Assembly (NCBI RefSeq): GCF_016743235.1
Contig: NZ_VRZD01000005.1
Span: 175,622-239,621 of the forward strand
Source: Pantanalinema sp. GBBB05
GTDB lineage: Bacteria > Cyanobacteriota > Cyanobacteriia > Leptolyngbyales > Leptolyngbyaceae
DNA: 64,000 bases
Reading direction: 5' to 3'
Shown here: positions 1 to 10,472 of the stretch, in pieces
Numbering within the stretch: the stretch's first letter is position 1
How the letters are laid out: each line of letters opens with the position of its first letter
Position numbers and translations under genes: made by a program
Notes under the pieces: model-generated
Databases searched by the model: none
The model's input: only the letters and a program-made list of their open reading frames with translations
What the model was told of the DNA's origin: nothing

Positions 1-675
1 TAGAATTTGTTGCCGCCGGGTCAACAGACGTCGCAGCACCCAGATGACTCCGCTAGCCGTCATTAGCCCTAGTAAGATATGTCCTGCTTGCATTAGCCGA
101 CTGCGGATTAATTCCGGCGAAGAAAACTGCTTCATCCGATTCATCTCAGTTTGCAGGATTTCTTGCCATTCCTTCGTTAACTCTGTCAGATTTTTACCGT
201 TATAGTCTGCGTCTTCATCAGTGACAGTAACCATTCTAATTGGACGAGAGAATTGATCCTCACTGATTTGGATAATGGGTCGATTATTTAAAGTGGCGAT
301 CGAAACGGTGGGAATCTTTTGTGCCTCCAGAATGCGATACAGAACGCGCCATAGCCGATCATTGATTTCGCGGACCCGAAGTTCGATCGGGATCTTGCCA
401 TCTGGAATTTTGTCCCGATTCCAGATAGTAGGGGACGTCACATCAAACAATTTCTGATCATCCAACGGAGATCGGACAGCAGCCGTTTCCAGTTCCCCAT
501 TCCGAGTCACATTTTCAGGTGGCCACATAGAGCTATCAGAGCCAATTGTTGATAAAGCTGGTAATTGGCTTTGAGCCAAGGGAACCCAACTCACACTCAA
601 CGTGCAGGTGAACACACTCAGCAGGATCAAACGAATCACAGTTTGACAGAGACGATGACGTGAAAGTCTATGCAT
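1..675 (-). CDS. Membrane protein, N-terminal part only (ORF runs off the window start); possibly a mechanosensitive-channel-family protein
   Basis: Manual translation of the minus strand from ATG at 675-673 gives MHRLSRHRLCQTVIRLILLSVFTCTLS... (signal/TM-like N-terminus) and stays open to position 1. It is absent from the ORF track because it has no stop in the window. The product guess is weak. Confidence 0.4.
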   Translation of the reverse strand, partial: MHRLSRHRLCQTVIRLILLSVFTCTLSVSWVPLAQSQLPALSTIGSDSSMWPPENVTRNGELETAAVRSPLDDQKLFDVTSPTIWNRDKIPDGKIPIELRVREINDRLWRVLYRILEAQKIPTVSIATLNNRPIIQISEDQFSRPIRMVTVTDEDADYNGKNLTELTKEWQEILQTEMNRMKQFSSPELIRSRLMQAGHILLGLMTASGVIWVLRRLLTRRQQIL

Positions 676-997
676 GAATTAACAAACAGATCAATGAGTG
701 CAACTGACATCACTTTACTGGAAAGGCATGAAAAATTGCTGCTTAGAGGTTATTGGTAGACGATCGCAGACCAAGCTGAAAGTCCGATTCACCCAAAAAT
801 TGCTTTATCATCCCATGAAAAACTTTTTACAGAGTTAAGTCTCAGGGCAATAACTATTTATATAGAAAGAGCGGAATTATTCAATTTGTATCTTTAACCT
901 AAAATAATTCTGCAAACGACCTTTCCCCTAATCGACAACGAGTATTCTGAAGCTATTCAATTCCGTCAACTCACACTTGTCGGTGTGAGATGGTGTC

Positions 998-2335
998 ATG
1001 CCGCTAATTTCCGCCAGTTGGCGATTTCTGATCAGCCGTTGGCAACGGTTGCAGCTGCTACGGAGTCTCAGTTTAGTGACGATCGCCGTTATTGCAGCCC
1101 TGATGACGATCGTGCCCGTTTGGTCGCAGCAACCCGTCACCCTCAAAATGCTGATGCCTGCTCCCGATGTACCCATCTGGAACAAGACGATGGTGGCAGA
1201 ATTTGAGCAGGCAAATCCTAAGATCAAACTCCAAATTATCGAAGGACCAAACTCGGTAGACATGGTGGAAAACATGTATACCACCTCGTTTATTTTGGGA
1301 GCGTCGCCTTACGACCTGATCAACATGGATATTGTCTGGACACCCAAGTTTGCTTCCGCTGGGTGGCTGATGGATTTAACCGATGAATTTCCTGCCGCTG
1401 AATTAGCCGCATTCTCGCCGGTGGCGGTAAATGGGGGGCGGTTTCAGGGACGCTTATATCGCCTGCCGATTCGATCGGATACTGGCATGATTTATTACCG
1501 CCGCGATCTGCTCCAGCAAGTTGGGCTACCGTTACCCAAAACCCTGGAAGACCTCGATCGCATCGCTAAAACGGTGCAAGCCCAAAAACTTGTGCGCTGG
1601 GGCTATGTCTGGCAGGGACGGCAGTACGAAGGGGAAGCTGCCATGTTTGTGGAGGTCATTCATGGGTTCGGCGGCTTTTGGGTTGATCCAAACACCTTAG
1701 AAGTGGGACTCGATCGACCAGAAGCGATTCAAGCCGTGAAGTTTCTGCTCAACACCATCCGGGATGGCATTTCCCCACCGGGAGTGACAACATATGTTGA
1801 GGAAGATACACGCCGCTTATTCCAGGCAGGGGACGCGATGTTTATGCGGAATTGGCCGTATGCCTGGCCACTATTAAACAGTGATACCTCCAAGGTCAAA
1901 GGCAAAGTTGGGATCATGCCGATGTTGGGGGCAACAGGCAAGGATAGTGGCTCGTGTCTGGGCGGTTGGGGTCTGGGAATTGTCAAAAATACGCGTCACA
2001 AAGCTGCCGCCCTCAAAGCTATTCGCTTTTTTAGCCAACCTCAGGTGCAAAAATCTTTTGTGCTGGATGCGGGGTTTGTGCCGGGAGTCCGGAGTTTATT
2101 TACCGATCGCGATGTCGTCACTCGTTATCCTTACTATCCCCAACTGGCAACATTAGTCGATAATGCAGTGTTACGTCCGCCAGTTGCTCAATATGCCCAG
2201 GTTTCTGATATTTTGCAACGGTATTTAAGCATGGCACTCACGAATCAAAAGTCGCCGGAAGAGGCGATGCAGGCGGCGGCGGCCGAAACTCGTCGCTTGC
2301 TAGCCAGTAGCCGTCGCGTTCAGGATGCCACATAA
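998..2335 (+). CDS. ABC transporter substrate-binding protein (extracellular solute-binding family 1, carbohydrate-type)
   Basis: 445 aa with an N-terminal hydrophobic anchor or signal. It is followed by two MalF/MalG-like permeases and a MalK-like ATPase in the same orientation, with overlapping or adjacent stops and starts. Confidence 0.8.
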   Translation: MPLISASWRFLISRWQRLQLLRSLSLVTIAVIAALMTIVPVWSQQPVTLKMLMPAPDVPIWNKTMVAEFEQANPKIKLQIIEGPNSVDMVENMYTTSFILGASPYDLINMDIVWTPKFASAGWLMDLTDEFPAAELAAFSPVAVNGGRFQGRLYRLPIRSDTGMIYYRRDLLQQVGLPLPKTLEDLDRIAKTVQAQKLVRWGYVWQGRQYEGEAAMFVEVIHGFGGFWVDPNTLEVGLDRPEAIQAVKFLLNTIRDGISPPGVTTYVEEDTRRLFQAGDAMFMRNWPYAWPLLNSDTSKVKGKVGIMPMLGATGKDSGSCLGGWGLGIVKNTRHKAAALKAIRFFSQPQVQKSFVLDAGFVPGVRSLFTDRDVVTRYPYYPQLATLVDNAVLRPPVAQYAQVSDILQRYLSMALTNQKSPEEAMQAAAAETRRLLASSRRVQDAT

Positions 2336-3266
2336 GATGACGCGACCTTCACCCCTGATCGACCCCATTCAAGCCCGCGATCGCCGGACAGGTTTATATT
2401 TAGTGTTACCTGCGGTTATCGTCTTACTGTTGGTCTTTGCCTATCCAATCGCCCAAGCCTTTTGGTTAGGACTATTTGCCAATAATTTAGGGACAGGATT
2501 GCAACCCGTCTTTATTGGGCTAGGCAATTACCTCCGCATTCTTGGTGATGGATTTTTCTGGCAAACGTTTGTTACCACCTTCCGCTTCACAATCATTTCG
2601 GTGCTGCTGGAATTGGTGATCGGTATGGGCATTGCGCTGGTGCTCAATCGCGCTTTTCAAGGACGAGGAGCGGTTCGAACGATCGCGATTCTGCCCTGGG
2701 CATTGCCAACAGCCTTGATTGCGATGGTATGGGCATGGATCTTTAACGACCAGTTTGGCATTGCGAATGACATTCTCTTACGACTGGGTTTAGTCTCGCG
2801 AGAAACTCTCATTAATTGGCTAGGGCAACCCTGGACAGCGAATCTGGCAATTATCGTCGCAGATGTTTGGAAAACGACCCCATTCATTAGTATTTTGCTA
2901 TTGGCTGGACTGCAATCCATTCCTGCCGACTTGTATGAAGCTCATGCCTTAGATGGTGGCACACCCTGGCAAGGATTTTGGCGAATTACCGTCCCATTGC
3001 TGCTGCCCCAAATTCTCATTGCTACCCTATTCCGATTTGCCCAAGCCTTCGGAGTGTATGACCTGATTCAGGTAATGACGGGCGGAGGACCCGGGGGAGC
3101 GACAGCCGTGGTCTCACTCTATATCTATGCTAACGCTATGCGGTATTTAGACTTTGGGTATGCGGCGGCGTTAATTGTGGTCACGTTTGTTCTATTGATT
3201 CTGGCTGTTGTGTTGTGCAATGCCTGGATTAATCGATCGCGCTCAAAAGCCTCTGGAGCCAGTTAA
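2325..3266 (+). CDS. ABC transporter permease (MalF/UgpA-like)
   Basis: 313 aa with multiple TM segments and an EAA-like loop region (...LYEAHALDGGTPWQGFWRITVP...). Its start overlaps the SBP stop. Confidence 0.85.
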   Translation: MPHKMTRPSPLIDPIQARDRRTGLYLVLPAVIVLLLVFAYPIAQAFWLGLFANNLGTGLQPVFIGLGNYLRILGDGFFWQTFVTTFRFTIISVLLELVIGMGIALVLNRAFQGRGAVRTIAILPWALPTALIAMVWAWIFNDQFGIANDILLRLGLVSRETLINWLGQPWTANLAIIVADVWKTTPFISILLLAGLQSIPADLYEAHALDGGTPWQGFWRITVPLLLPQILIATLFRFAQAFGVYDLIQVMTGGGPGGATAVVSLYIYANAMRYLDFGYAAALIVVTFVLLILAVVLCNAWINRSRSKASGAS

Positions 3267-3268
3267 TT

Positions 3269-4156
3269 ATGAGTCTTGGATCGAATGCTCGTCAGCCTCG
3301 TTCTCCCCATCCCGCTCCAACTCGATCGCTCACACTCACGAATATCCTGTTTGGGCTAGCAGTAGTAGCGATCGTCATCTTCTGTTTAGCTCCCGTATTA
3401 TGGCAAGTTTTGACCTCATTCAAACTGACTGAAGATATCATTGCCATTCCGAATATTTATTTCCCAACTCGATTTACGTTTGATCACTACATTCAACTAT
3501 TTCAACGCCAACCCTTTTGGCGTTATGTATTAAATAGCACCTTCGTTGCTGTCACTTCAACAATTACCTGTTTGGCGATCGGTGCCCCTGCTGCCTATGC
3601 TCTCGCACGACTTCATCCTCGAGGGAGCCATTGGATTCTAGCCGGTATTTTGCTAGTCACGCTCTTTCCCTACATTCTGTTGATTCAGGGGCTATTGCAA
3701 ATTGTTCAGGTTCTGCATCTAGCTAACAATTATTTAGCCCTAATTATTACGTACACAGCGATCAACCTACCCCTAACCATTCTGGTGATGCGGAGCTTCT
3801 TTGCCCAATTACCCAAGGATTTAGAAGATGCCGCTAGAGTCGATGGCTATACTACAGTACAAATGTTAATTCGAATTGTCCTGCCACTAACGTTACCTGC
3901 CTTAGTGACAACCGGAATTCTCACCTTTATTGCGTCGTGGAATGAATATATCTTTGCCCTGACGTTCATTACTGAAGACACAATGAAAACAATTCCTGTA
4001 GCAGCCGCCCAGATTAGTGGTAGTTCTACCTATGAAGCACCCTATGGACCCATTGCAGCCGCTACAGTAGTTGGCACAATTCCATTAATCCTATTGGTGT
4101 TAATCTTTCAACGTCAAATCATTCAAGGATTAACGGCTGGAGCTGTCAAAGGATAA
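3269..4156 (+). CDS. ABC transporter permease (MalG/UgpE-like)
   Basis: 295 aa multi-TM protein with the EAA motif region ...LEDAARVDGYTTVQMLIRIVLP...; it starts 3 nt after the previous stop. Confidence 0.85.
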   Translation: MSLGSNARQPRSPHPAPTRSLTLTNILFGLAVVAIVIFCLAPVLWQVLTSFKLTEDIIAIPNIYFPTRFTFDHYIQLFQRQPFWRYVLNSTFVAVTSTITCLAIGAPAAYALARLHPRGSHWILAGILLVTLFPYILLIQGLLQIVQVLHLANNYLALIITYTAINLPLTILVMRSFFAQLPKDLEDAARVDGYTTVQMLIRIVLPLTLPALVTTGILTFIASWNEYIFALTFITEDTMKTIPVAAAQISGSSTYEAPYGPIAAATVVGTIPLILLVLIFQRQIIQGLTAGAVKG

Positions 4157-4162
4157 TCAACT

Positions 4163-5245
4163 ATGTCAACGTTGCAATTGCGCCATCTGAATAAAACTTT
4201 TACCCCTAAAGTTGTTCCGGTCAAAGATGTCAGTTTAACCGTAGAAGATGGTGAAGTCCTGACCTTATTAGGACCTTCAGGCTGTGGCAAATCCACCGTC
4301 TTGCGGATGATTGCGGGATTAGAAACTCCGACGAGAGGACAAATTCTGATTGGCGATCGCGATGTCACCTTTACCCGTCCTGGCGATCGCAATGTAGCAA
4401 TGGTATTTCAAAGTTACGCATTGTATCCGCACCTGACGGTCTACGAAAATCTCTGTGCTGGACTGCGATTAAAAAAAGTCCCTCAATCAGAAATTGAGCA
4501 ACGGGTAGCAGAGGTATCGCGTATCCTGGGACTCGATCAGGGATTAATGACCCGTAAACCGGGACAATTATCGGGAGGACAACGGCAACGGGTGGCGGTG
4601 GGACGAGCCTTAGTCCGACGATCGGATGTCTTTCTGTTAGATGAGCCGCTCAGTAATCTAGATGCTTTGTTGCGGGAACGAGTTCGGGCAGACCTAAAGC
4701 AGATTTTCGCGGCGCAAAATACTCCAGTGGTGTATGTTACGCATGATCAAACTGAAGCAATGACGCTCTCGACGCAGGTAGCCGTTCTGAACAATGGTTA
4801 CGTGCAACAATTGGATACTCCAGAGCGGATTTACAATCAACCAGCCAACCAGTTTGTCGCCGGATTTGTCGGCAGTCCGCAAATGAACTTGTTGACTTTG
4901 CCCTGCCAAGGCAATCAAGCCCTGCTGGGTAACTTCAAACTTACCCTACCGGATTTACCGACCCTCCCAGCTCAAGTGGTGATGGGCATTCGTCCAGAGC
5001 ATGTGCAGTTAGCGACCGCCAATGATCCGAATCTAATTCGAGGTGAAGTTTTTCTGGTCGAAAATCTGGGTATGAATCATCTCATCAGTGTGAAAGTCCC
5101 AAATGCCAACGGGGAACCTGTGATTCTGCGATCGCTGCTCCCTCCCCATAGCCCATCCAGTTCTGAGTTATCTCTGACTTTACCGAGTAATGCAATTCAC
5201 TGGTTTGATCCGCAATCTGGTGATGCTTTAGTCAAACGCCCATAA
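4163..5245 (+). CDS. ABC transporter ATP-binding protein (MalK/UgpC-like, with C-terminal TOBE-like domain)
   Basis: Walker A GPSGCGKST, ABC signature LSGGQRQRVAVGRAL, Walker B FLLDEPLSNLD. Confidence 0.9.
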   Translation: MSTLQLRHLNKTFTPKVVPVKDVSLTVEDGEVLTLLGPSGCGKSTVLRMIAGLETPTRGQILIGDRDVTFTRPGDRNVAMVFQSYALYPHLTVYENLCAGLRLKKVPQSEIEQRVAEVSRILGLDQGLMTRKPGQLSGGQRQRVAVGRALVRRSDVFLLDEPLSNLDALLRERVRADLKQIFAAQNTPVVYVTHDQTEAMTLSTQVAVLNNGYVQQLDTPERIYNQPANQFVAGFVGSPQMNLLTLPCQGNQALLGNFKLTLPDLPTLPAQVVMGIRPEHVQLATANDPNLIRGEVFLVENLGMNHLISVKVPNANGEPVILRSLLPPHSPSSSELSLTLPSNAIHWFDPQSGDALVKRP

Positions 5246-5332
5246 ACCATAACGTCATGACAACATCAGCAAACAACGATCGAGTCAAACAATTTCGGAT
5301 GTGATGAATATGAACACTATCACGAAGATACT

Positions 5333-5935
5333 ATGGCAAATCAATCTACTTCGATCAATTCATTGATGTCATGGTTGGCTTGGGTGTTGTTGAATGGAAT
5401 TGCTGGGGCGATCGGTGTAGTTCCCCTGAGCGATGCATGGCTGAAAATTCCTGGCTCTGACAAGGAGCGATTCTTAGCTATCCTGATCTTTAGCTTGGTC
5501 ATTAGTGTCTGTCAGGGAGCATATTTGAGCGGTAAGATTTCTAGAGTTTTAGAGTGGATAGTTAGCACGTTTCTTGCCATCCCATTCGGTCTCTTGTTGT
5601 TCTATCTGGGAATAATTTTTCCCTCAATTTTTGATGCCGTATTCTATCGGGTGATTGTTCAGTTAACCGCCTTCCTAAGTATAGGATTTACGATCGGGCT
5701 AGCTCAATGGTATTTCGCCTTAAGACACAGACCCCAAGCCACTCGTAGCCAAGCCCGTCTATGGATTCTGATTAGTACTTTGGGATGGGCAGTGGGAGTG
5801 ATAGGAGGTGCGGTAGCGATTGCCCAGTCGTCCTCATCCAACGGGTTATGGGTGGCGGGAGGGGTGGCTCTGTCCTTATATGGAGCCATTACGGGAACTA
5901 CCTTAGCTCAACTGGTGCAGAAAAAAGTTAGCTGA
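5333..5935 (+). CDS. Hypothetical integral membrane protein
   Basis: 200 aa, about 6 predicted hydrophobic helices, no recognisable motif. Confidence 0.5.
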   Translation: MANQSTSINSLMSWLAWVLLNGIAGAIGVVPLSDAWLKIPGSDKERFLAILIFSLVISVCQGAYLSGKISRVLEWIVSTFLAIPFGLLLFYLGIIFPSIFDAVFYRVIVQLTAFLSIGFTIGLAQWYFALRHRPQATRSQARLWILISTLGWAVGVIGGAVAIAQSSSSNGLWVAGGVALSLYGAITGTTLAQLVQKKVS

Positions 5936-5974
5936 ATAGCGATGCAAAGCAGGAAATAGGATATTGGAGGCCTA

Positions 5975-6877
5975 ATGCCTAAACCCTCTAAACGGCTGAT
6001 CAAGATTACCGTTGGTATTTCACTATTTCTAGGGACAGGGTATTTGGGAATTTCTGCCTTTGCCGCTCATGTACTCTCAACTCCGCAGAAAATCTTTGAT
6101 CGCAATCAGAAAGCGATCTTCTCTCAATCTCCTCAGGATGTTCGCTTCTCCAGTGCAGATGGCATCCCGATCGCGGCATGGTTTCTGCCCGTTAAAGGGA
6201 GTGCTCAAGCGGTGATTCTGGTACATGGGATGCATTCCAGTCGCACCGCCGAACTAGATGGACATTTTGCTGAGTTAGGGGCAGCATTGCAGCAGCAAAA
6301 GCTGGCAGTGTTGATGATTGACCTCCGGGGGCACGGACAAAGTGGGGATGCTCGGTTTACATTTGGTTTGGCTGAACGTCAGGATGTCATTGCAGCCGTC
6401 AATTGGTTAAAGCACCAGGGATTTCAAGCTGGAAAAATCGGCGTTTTAGGAGTATCCATGGGAGCGGCAACCGCGATCGGAGCGACAGCCGATGATGCGG
6501 ATATTGGTGCTGTCGTAGCGGATAGCGGCTATGCGGAAGTTTATCCCGTGATGCAACGGAACTGGGCTAAAACATCAGGCTTACCCGATATCTTTCTCCC
6601 CACCACTATGATGTTTGGCAGCTGGTATACCGGGTACGATCTGACTTCGTCCAAGCCAGTGAATGAAGTGAAACGGATTTTTCCCCGATCGATCCTGATT
6701 ATTCATAGTGTGGCAGATCCGTTTACTCCTGTAGAACAAGCCCAGCAATTAACCCATGCCGCCCCTTCAGCCGAATATTGGCAGACTACAGCGCCAACTC
6801 ATGCTGGCAGTTATGCGATTAATCCCCAAGCTTATATGCGTCGAGTCACCACCTTTTTTCATCGCCACTTACAATAA
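5975..6877 (+). CDS. Alpha/beta-hydrolase fold protein with N-terminal membrane anchor
   Basis: Nucleophile elbow GVSMGAA (GxSxG); N-terminal hydrophobic segment. Confidence 0.7.
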   Translation: MPKPSKRLIKITVGISLFLGTGYLGISAFAAHVLSTPQKIFDRNQKAIFSQSPQDVRFSSADGIPIAAWFLPVKGSAQAVILVHGMHSSRTAELDGHFAELGAALQQQKLAVLMIDLRGHGQSGDARFTFGLAERQDVIAAVNWLKHQGFQAGKIGVLGVSMGAATAIGATADDADIGAVVADSGYAEVYPVMQRNWAKTSGLPDIFLPTTMMFGSWYTGYDLTSSKPVNEVKRIFPRSILIIHSVADPFTPVEQAQQLTHAAPSAEYWQTTAPTHAGSYAINPQAYMRRVTTFFHRHLQ

Positions 6878-7017
6878 TGCGATCGCATCACCCAATGATG
6901 AGTATGTTGTTATACCTTTCAGCCCGAACAGTAATCCTTAACTGGTCTGTGCAGGCACCATCAGAGCTGGCTACTCATCTCAAGCAAGAATGAAGACGGG
7001 TTGTCACATGTGTCAGC

Positions 7018-8502
7018 TCAGGGTTGATTTTTAACCTCCTCTGCCTCAGCGGGTGTGGCAACCGATGAAAAAATGATGCTCTTGGCGGCACCTGCTGCTT
7101 CTTTAATAAATAGCGGAGGAACGGCATCACGAGACATTTCCTCGATTTGCTGTTTCAGCTTTGCTACCCGCTCCGGTTGCTGATCGGCCAGGTTGGTCTG
7201 CTCGGAAGGGTCTTTTGCCAGGTTAAAGAGTTGCACCTGAGACGGTAGAATCGTTCGCCATACCAGTTTCCAATCGCCTTGCCGCAGTGCCGCCCGAAAC
7301 GGCTCGATCCCATAGACAATTTCATTGCGAATGGCAATCTTCCCGCCGATCAGCGCGGGCCAGACGTTTAATCCATCCACAGGTTTATTAGGATTAGATT
7401 TGGCACCAGCCAGACTGGTCAGGGTCGGATACCAATCGACAATGTGCATCGGTTGGTTCACTACAGAGCCAGGTTTGATGTACTTTGACCAGTTGGCCAG
7501 GGCTACCACCCGAGTACCCCCCTCAAAGAGGGAGGCTTTCCCGTCGCGGTAAGGTCCGTTATCAGCGGGAATTGTGCCGCCAGAAGTATCGACTTCTCCA
7601 GTTACCTTCGCCGATCGCGGACCACCATTGTCACTCTGAAACACAATTAGGGTATTGTCCCGCATCCCCCGTTTGTCTAGAGCGGCTAATACCTGTCCGA
7701 TCTGGTCATCCATTGCCGTAATCATCGCTGCGTAAGCCCGACGGTTGGGATCAGAGATGGACTTGTAGCGATCGAGATACTCCGGGGGCGCTTGATAGGG
7801 GGCATGAGGTGCGGTAAACGCCAGGTACAGAAACAGCGGCGTGTTGGGATCATGCGACTGAATCAGTTGAGCGGCATCTTGACCCAATAAAGAGGTAGCA
7901 TAGCCCTCTTCCTTAACGATCTGATTGTTGCGATACCAATCCACTGTTCCATGTGCCGAGTGCGTGAAGTAGTCGATCTCGCCCAGAATCGGTCCGTATT
8001 GATAATCAAATCCCCGTTGCCGCGGCCAGTATTTACGATCGGCATGACCCAGATGCCATTTACCGACGATCGCCGTCTTATAGCCCACTTCTTTTAAAGC
8101 CTGGGGCAACAACCACTCATCGGTGGCTAAACCATAAGTCCCCGCCGAGGGAATCACAGCCGTTTGCAAACCATACCGATGAGGATATCGTCCCGTCAGC
8201 AACGCCGCCCTTGACGGGGTACACATGGGATGGGCGTAATACTGTTCCAGCCGTGCTCCGGTTTGCGCTAGGCGATCGAGGTTGGGGGTTTTAATATCGG
8301 AACCGTGGAAGCCCACATCTTTCCAGCCCTGATCGTCTGACATGATGTAGAGGATATGGGGACGCACTGGCTTCGACTGAGCAACCGCGAATGGCATCCA
8401 GCTCCGGCTACCAAGCACCAGCACCAAAATCAGGGCAATGAACAGCCCCAAGCCTCTGATCATCCAGCGTTTTCCAGGCATTGCAGTCAGGAAGAATTTC
8501 AT
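7018..8502 (-). CDS. Arylsulfatase (type I sulfatase family), secreted
   Basis: Sulfatase signature CTPSRAALLTGR (C-x-P-x-R, formylglycine site), N-terminal signal-like segment, metal-binding DDQG region. Confidence 0.85.
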   Translation of the reverse strand: MKFFLTAMPGKRWMIRGLGLFIALILVLVLGSRSWMPFAVAQSKPVRPHILYIMSDDQGWKDVGFHGSDIKTPNLDRLAQTGARLEQYYAHPMCTPSRAALLTGRYPHRYGLQTAVIPSAGTYGLATDEWLLPQALKEVGYKTAIVGKWHLGHADRKYWPRQRGFDYQYGPILGEIDYFTHSAHGTVDWYRNNQIVKEEGYATSLLGQDAAQLIQSHDPNTPLFLYLAFTAPHAPYQAPPEYLDRYKSISDPNRRAYAAMITAMDDQIGQVLAALDKRGMRDNTLIVFQSDNGGPRSAKVTGEVDTSGGTIPADNGPYRDGKASLFEGGTRVVALANWSKYIKPGSVVNQPMHIVDWYPTLTSLAGAKSNPNKPVDGLNVWPALIGGKIAIRNEIVYGIEPFRAALRQGDWKLVWRTILPSQVQLFNLAKDPSEQTNLADQQPERVAKLKQQIEEMSRDAVPPLFIKEAAGAAKSIIFSSVATPAEAEEVKNQP

Positions 8503-8531
8503 GTGTACTCTCGATCGTCTCGAACAAACAA

Positions 8532-10262
8532 CTAAAACATCACGGTCATCCGCAGATTCGCAATCACATCGACCCCGTTGCTGGCATCCTGGTTGGGAGC
8601 GGTCAGCACGATCACACCCGGAGTCAGAGAAATGCGATCGTTAATCTGGTAGCGATAGAACCCTTCCAGGTGGAACGGAATATCCGTCTTAAACGACTTC
8701 GGGTTACCACCATCAAAGTCCGTCAGGTAGGGTTCAGCACCAATGACAAACCCGAGTAAGTTACCGCGCTTCCCTAAATCAGGAAACGCCAAGGTCAGGG
8801 CATAGTTGAGGATCGTGCCATCGCCATCGCCAATTAAGCGGGCATAGGTCGCCCCAAACCAACCACTGACGACAAACGCGGGACTAAATTGATAGGAAGC
8901 CTGCACCCCGTAAGAATTGGTAATCACCGGACTGGGATTAAACAAGGGACCAGGAGCCAGTCGAGTTTGTCCGGCTAAGGTATTGGCAACGGCTGTGCCC
9001 TCCAACGGCAGCCCATTGTAGTTAAACCCAAATCGCCCCGGTGCAAAGTAGGTATTTGTATAGGTGGCCGCCAGACTGAACCGCGCACTGGGATTCCAGG
9101 TGATTTGCCCAAAGGCTGTGTACCCACCATTGAATAAGCCACTGCCAGCATCCGGATTATTAGCGCCAAAGCCATCAGCGATATAAGCGCCTGAGAAAAT
9201 GAATTGCTTACCGAACTGCCAATTGATCCCGGCTCCCGCTCCCGCTGCGCCTAATGCATAAATGGCATTCCGTTGTCCGAATAACGAAATGGCTCCTGTT
9301 CCCATTCCCTTATCATCCAGGAGCGGATTGACGGTAGGAACTAAGGCAAACAAGGCAGTATTGCCACCGACGACAAACACTTGGGCAGTGGGGCTGATCG
9401 GAAAGACATATCCCGTCCCTAACATTTGCAGGCGATTGTCGGTGTTCCCACCAAAAGCCACATCCAGTGCCCCTTCCGCTGAATTGACAGGCAACCCTCC
9501 GGCAGTGGTACTCGGCAACCGGAAGCCCCCGATCGGAAATAGCGGCACGTTCCCAGCATAAAGCGAGACAAATAGTAGGTCGTACCCATTAAAACTGGTA
9601 TTGAAATTGAGATTCGCTCGGGCTTGGAACACGGCCTGATTTTTGCTACCCCCATCCGCACCAAAGATGTCGGCAACTGAGAAAATGGCATTGCCAGCTA
9701 ACTTGGTGGTAGTGGAGAACTGCTGCTTTTCCAACGTAGCGGTGCGGACTTCCAGCGTATCGACGCGCCCCTGCAGAGTTGCCAGTTCTACAGCAAACTC
9801 TTCTTGCAACCGTTGAACGACTACCAAATCTTCTTTTCTGACCAAGTCAGCCGTTGCTGCCGTAATCAGTTCCTGCACTTTGTCCAAACAGGCATTCAGA
9901 CCAGCCGCGAACTCATACCGAGTCAACGATCGATTACCGCGATAGGTGCGATCGGGATAACCAACAATGCAACCATACCGTTCAACTAATGACTGTAAGG
10001 CTTGAAATGCCCAATCAGTCGGTTTAACATCCGTGAGCTGAGACACAGATGTGACTTGCTCCATGCCATTAGCATCTGCATTTAAGGTCTGGAAATCGGT
10101 CAGAGGCTCCTCTAGATCAACCGATTGAGCTAGGGGATCAGACGAGGTGAACGTTTTGGTCTCCGCACTTAACTCGGAGGCTAAGGCTGGGGATACCGCG
10201 ATCGTGCTACCACCCAACACCATTAAGCTAATGCATAGTAAGTTCCAGTTTCGCATCCACAC
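8532..10262 (-). CDS. Outer-membrane porin with N-terminal SLH domain (cyanobacterial OprB-like carbohydrate-selective/iron-uptake porin family)
   Basis: Signal peptide ...AVSPALASE, SLH-like segment (TDVKPTDWAFQALQSLVERYGCIVGYPDRTYRGNRSLTRYEFAAGL), coiled-coil linker, then a long Gly/aromatic-rich beta-barrel-like region ending in F. It lies 30 nt upstream of the sulfatase gene on the same strand. Confidence 0.75.
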   Translation of the reverse strand: MWMRNWNLLCISLMVLGGSTIAVSPALASELSAETKTFTSSDPLAQSVDLEEPLTDFQTLNADANGMEQVTSVSQLTDVKPTDWAFQALQSLVERYGCIVGYPDRTYRGNRSLTRYEFAAGLNACLDKVQELITAATADLVRKEDLVVVQRLQEEFAVELATLQGRVDTLEVRTATLEKQQFSTTTKLAGNAIFSVADIFGADGGSKNQAVFQARANLNFNTSFNGYDLLFVSLYAGNVPLFPIGGFRLPSTTAGGLPVNSAEGALDVAFGGNTDNRLQMLGTGYVFPISPTAQVFVVGGNTALFALVPTVNPLLDDKGMGTGAISLFGQRNAIYALGAAGAGAGINWQFGKQFIFSGAYIADGFGANNPDAGSGLFNGGYTAFGQITWNPSARFSLAATYTNTYFAPGRFGFNYNGLPLEGTAVANTLAGQTRLAPGPLFNPSPVITNSYGVQASYQFSPAFVVSGWFGATYARLIGDGDGTILNYALTLAFPDLGKRGNLLGFVIGAEPYLTDFDGGNPKSFKTDIPFHLEGFYRYQINDRISLTPGVIVLTAPNQDASNGVDVIANLRMTVMF

Positions 10263-10472
10263 GTCTTGCCACTCCTCAATTCAGACATGGGGCTCTAGCT
10301 GAGTTCACTCAATTCAGAGAATTCCCCTCGGAGAAAGAATAGAGGCAAATTGAAAAAGTGAATATCCTAAAATCGCAAGTTTACAAAAGTGAGTGATCAA
10401 GGGTTGCTTACAAAAATTCAGCAAATAGTTAAAGATTGCTAATATCCTATATACAAGAATTAACTTCATCAG

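Noticed and set aside
928-1284. 118-aa minus-strand ORF overlapping the 5' end of the substrate-binding-protein gene
   Set aside because: It lies antisense to a well-supported CDS, has no motif and is low-complexity; likely spurious.
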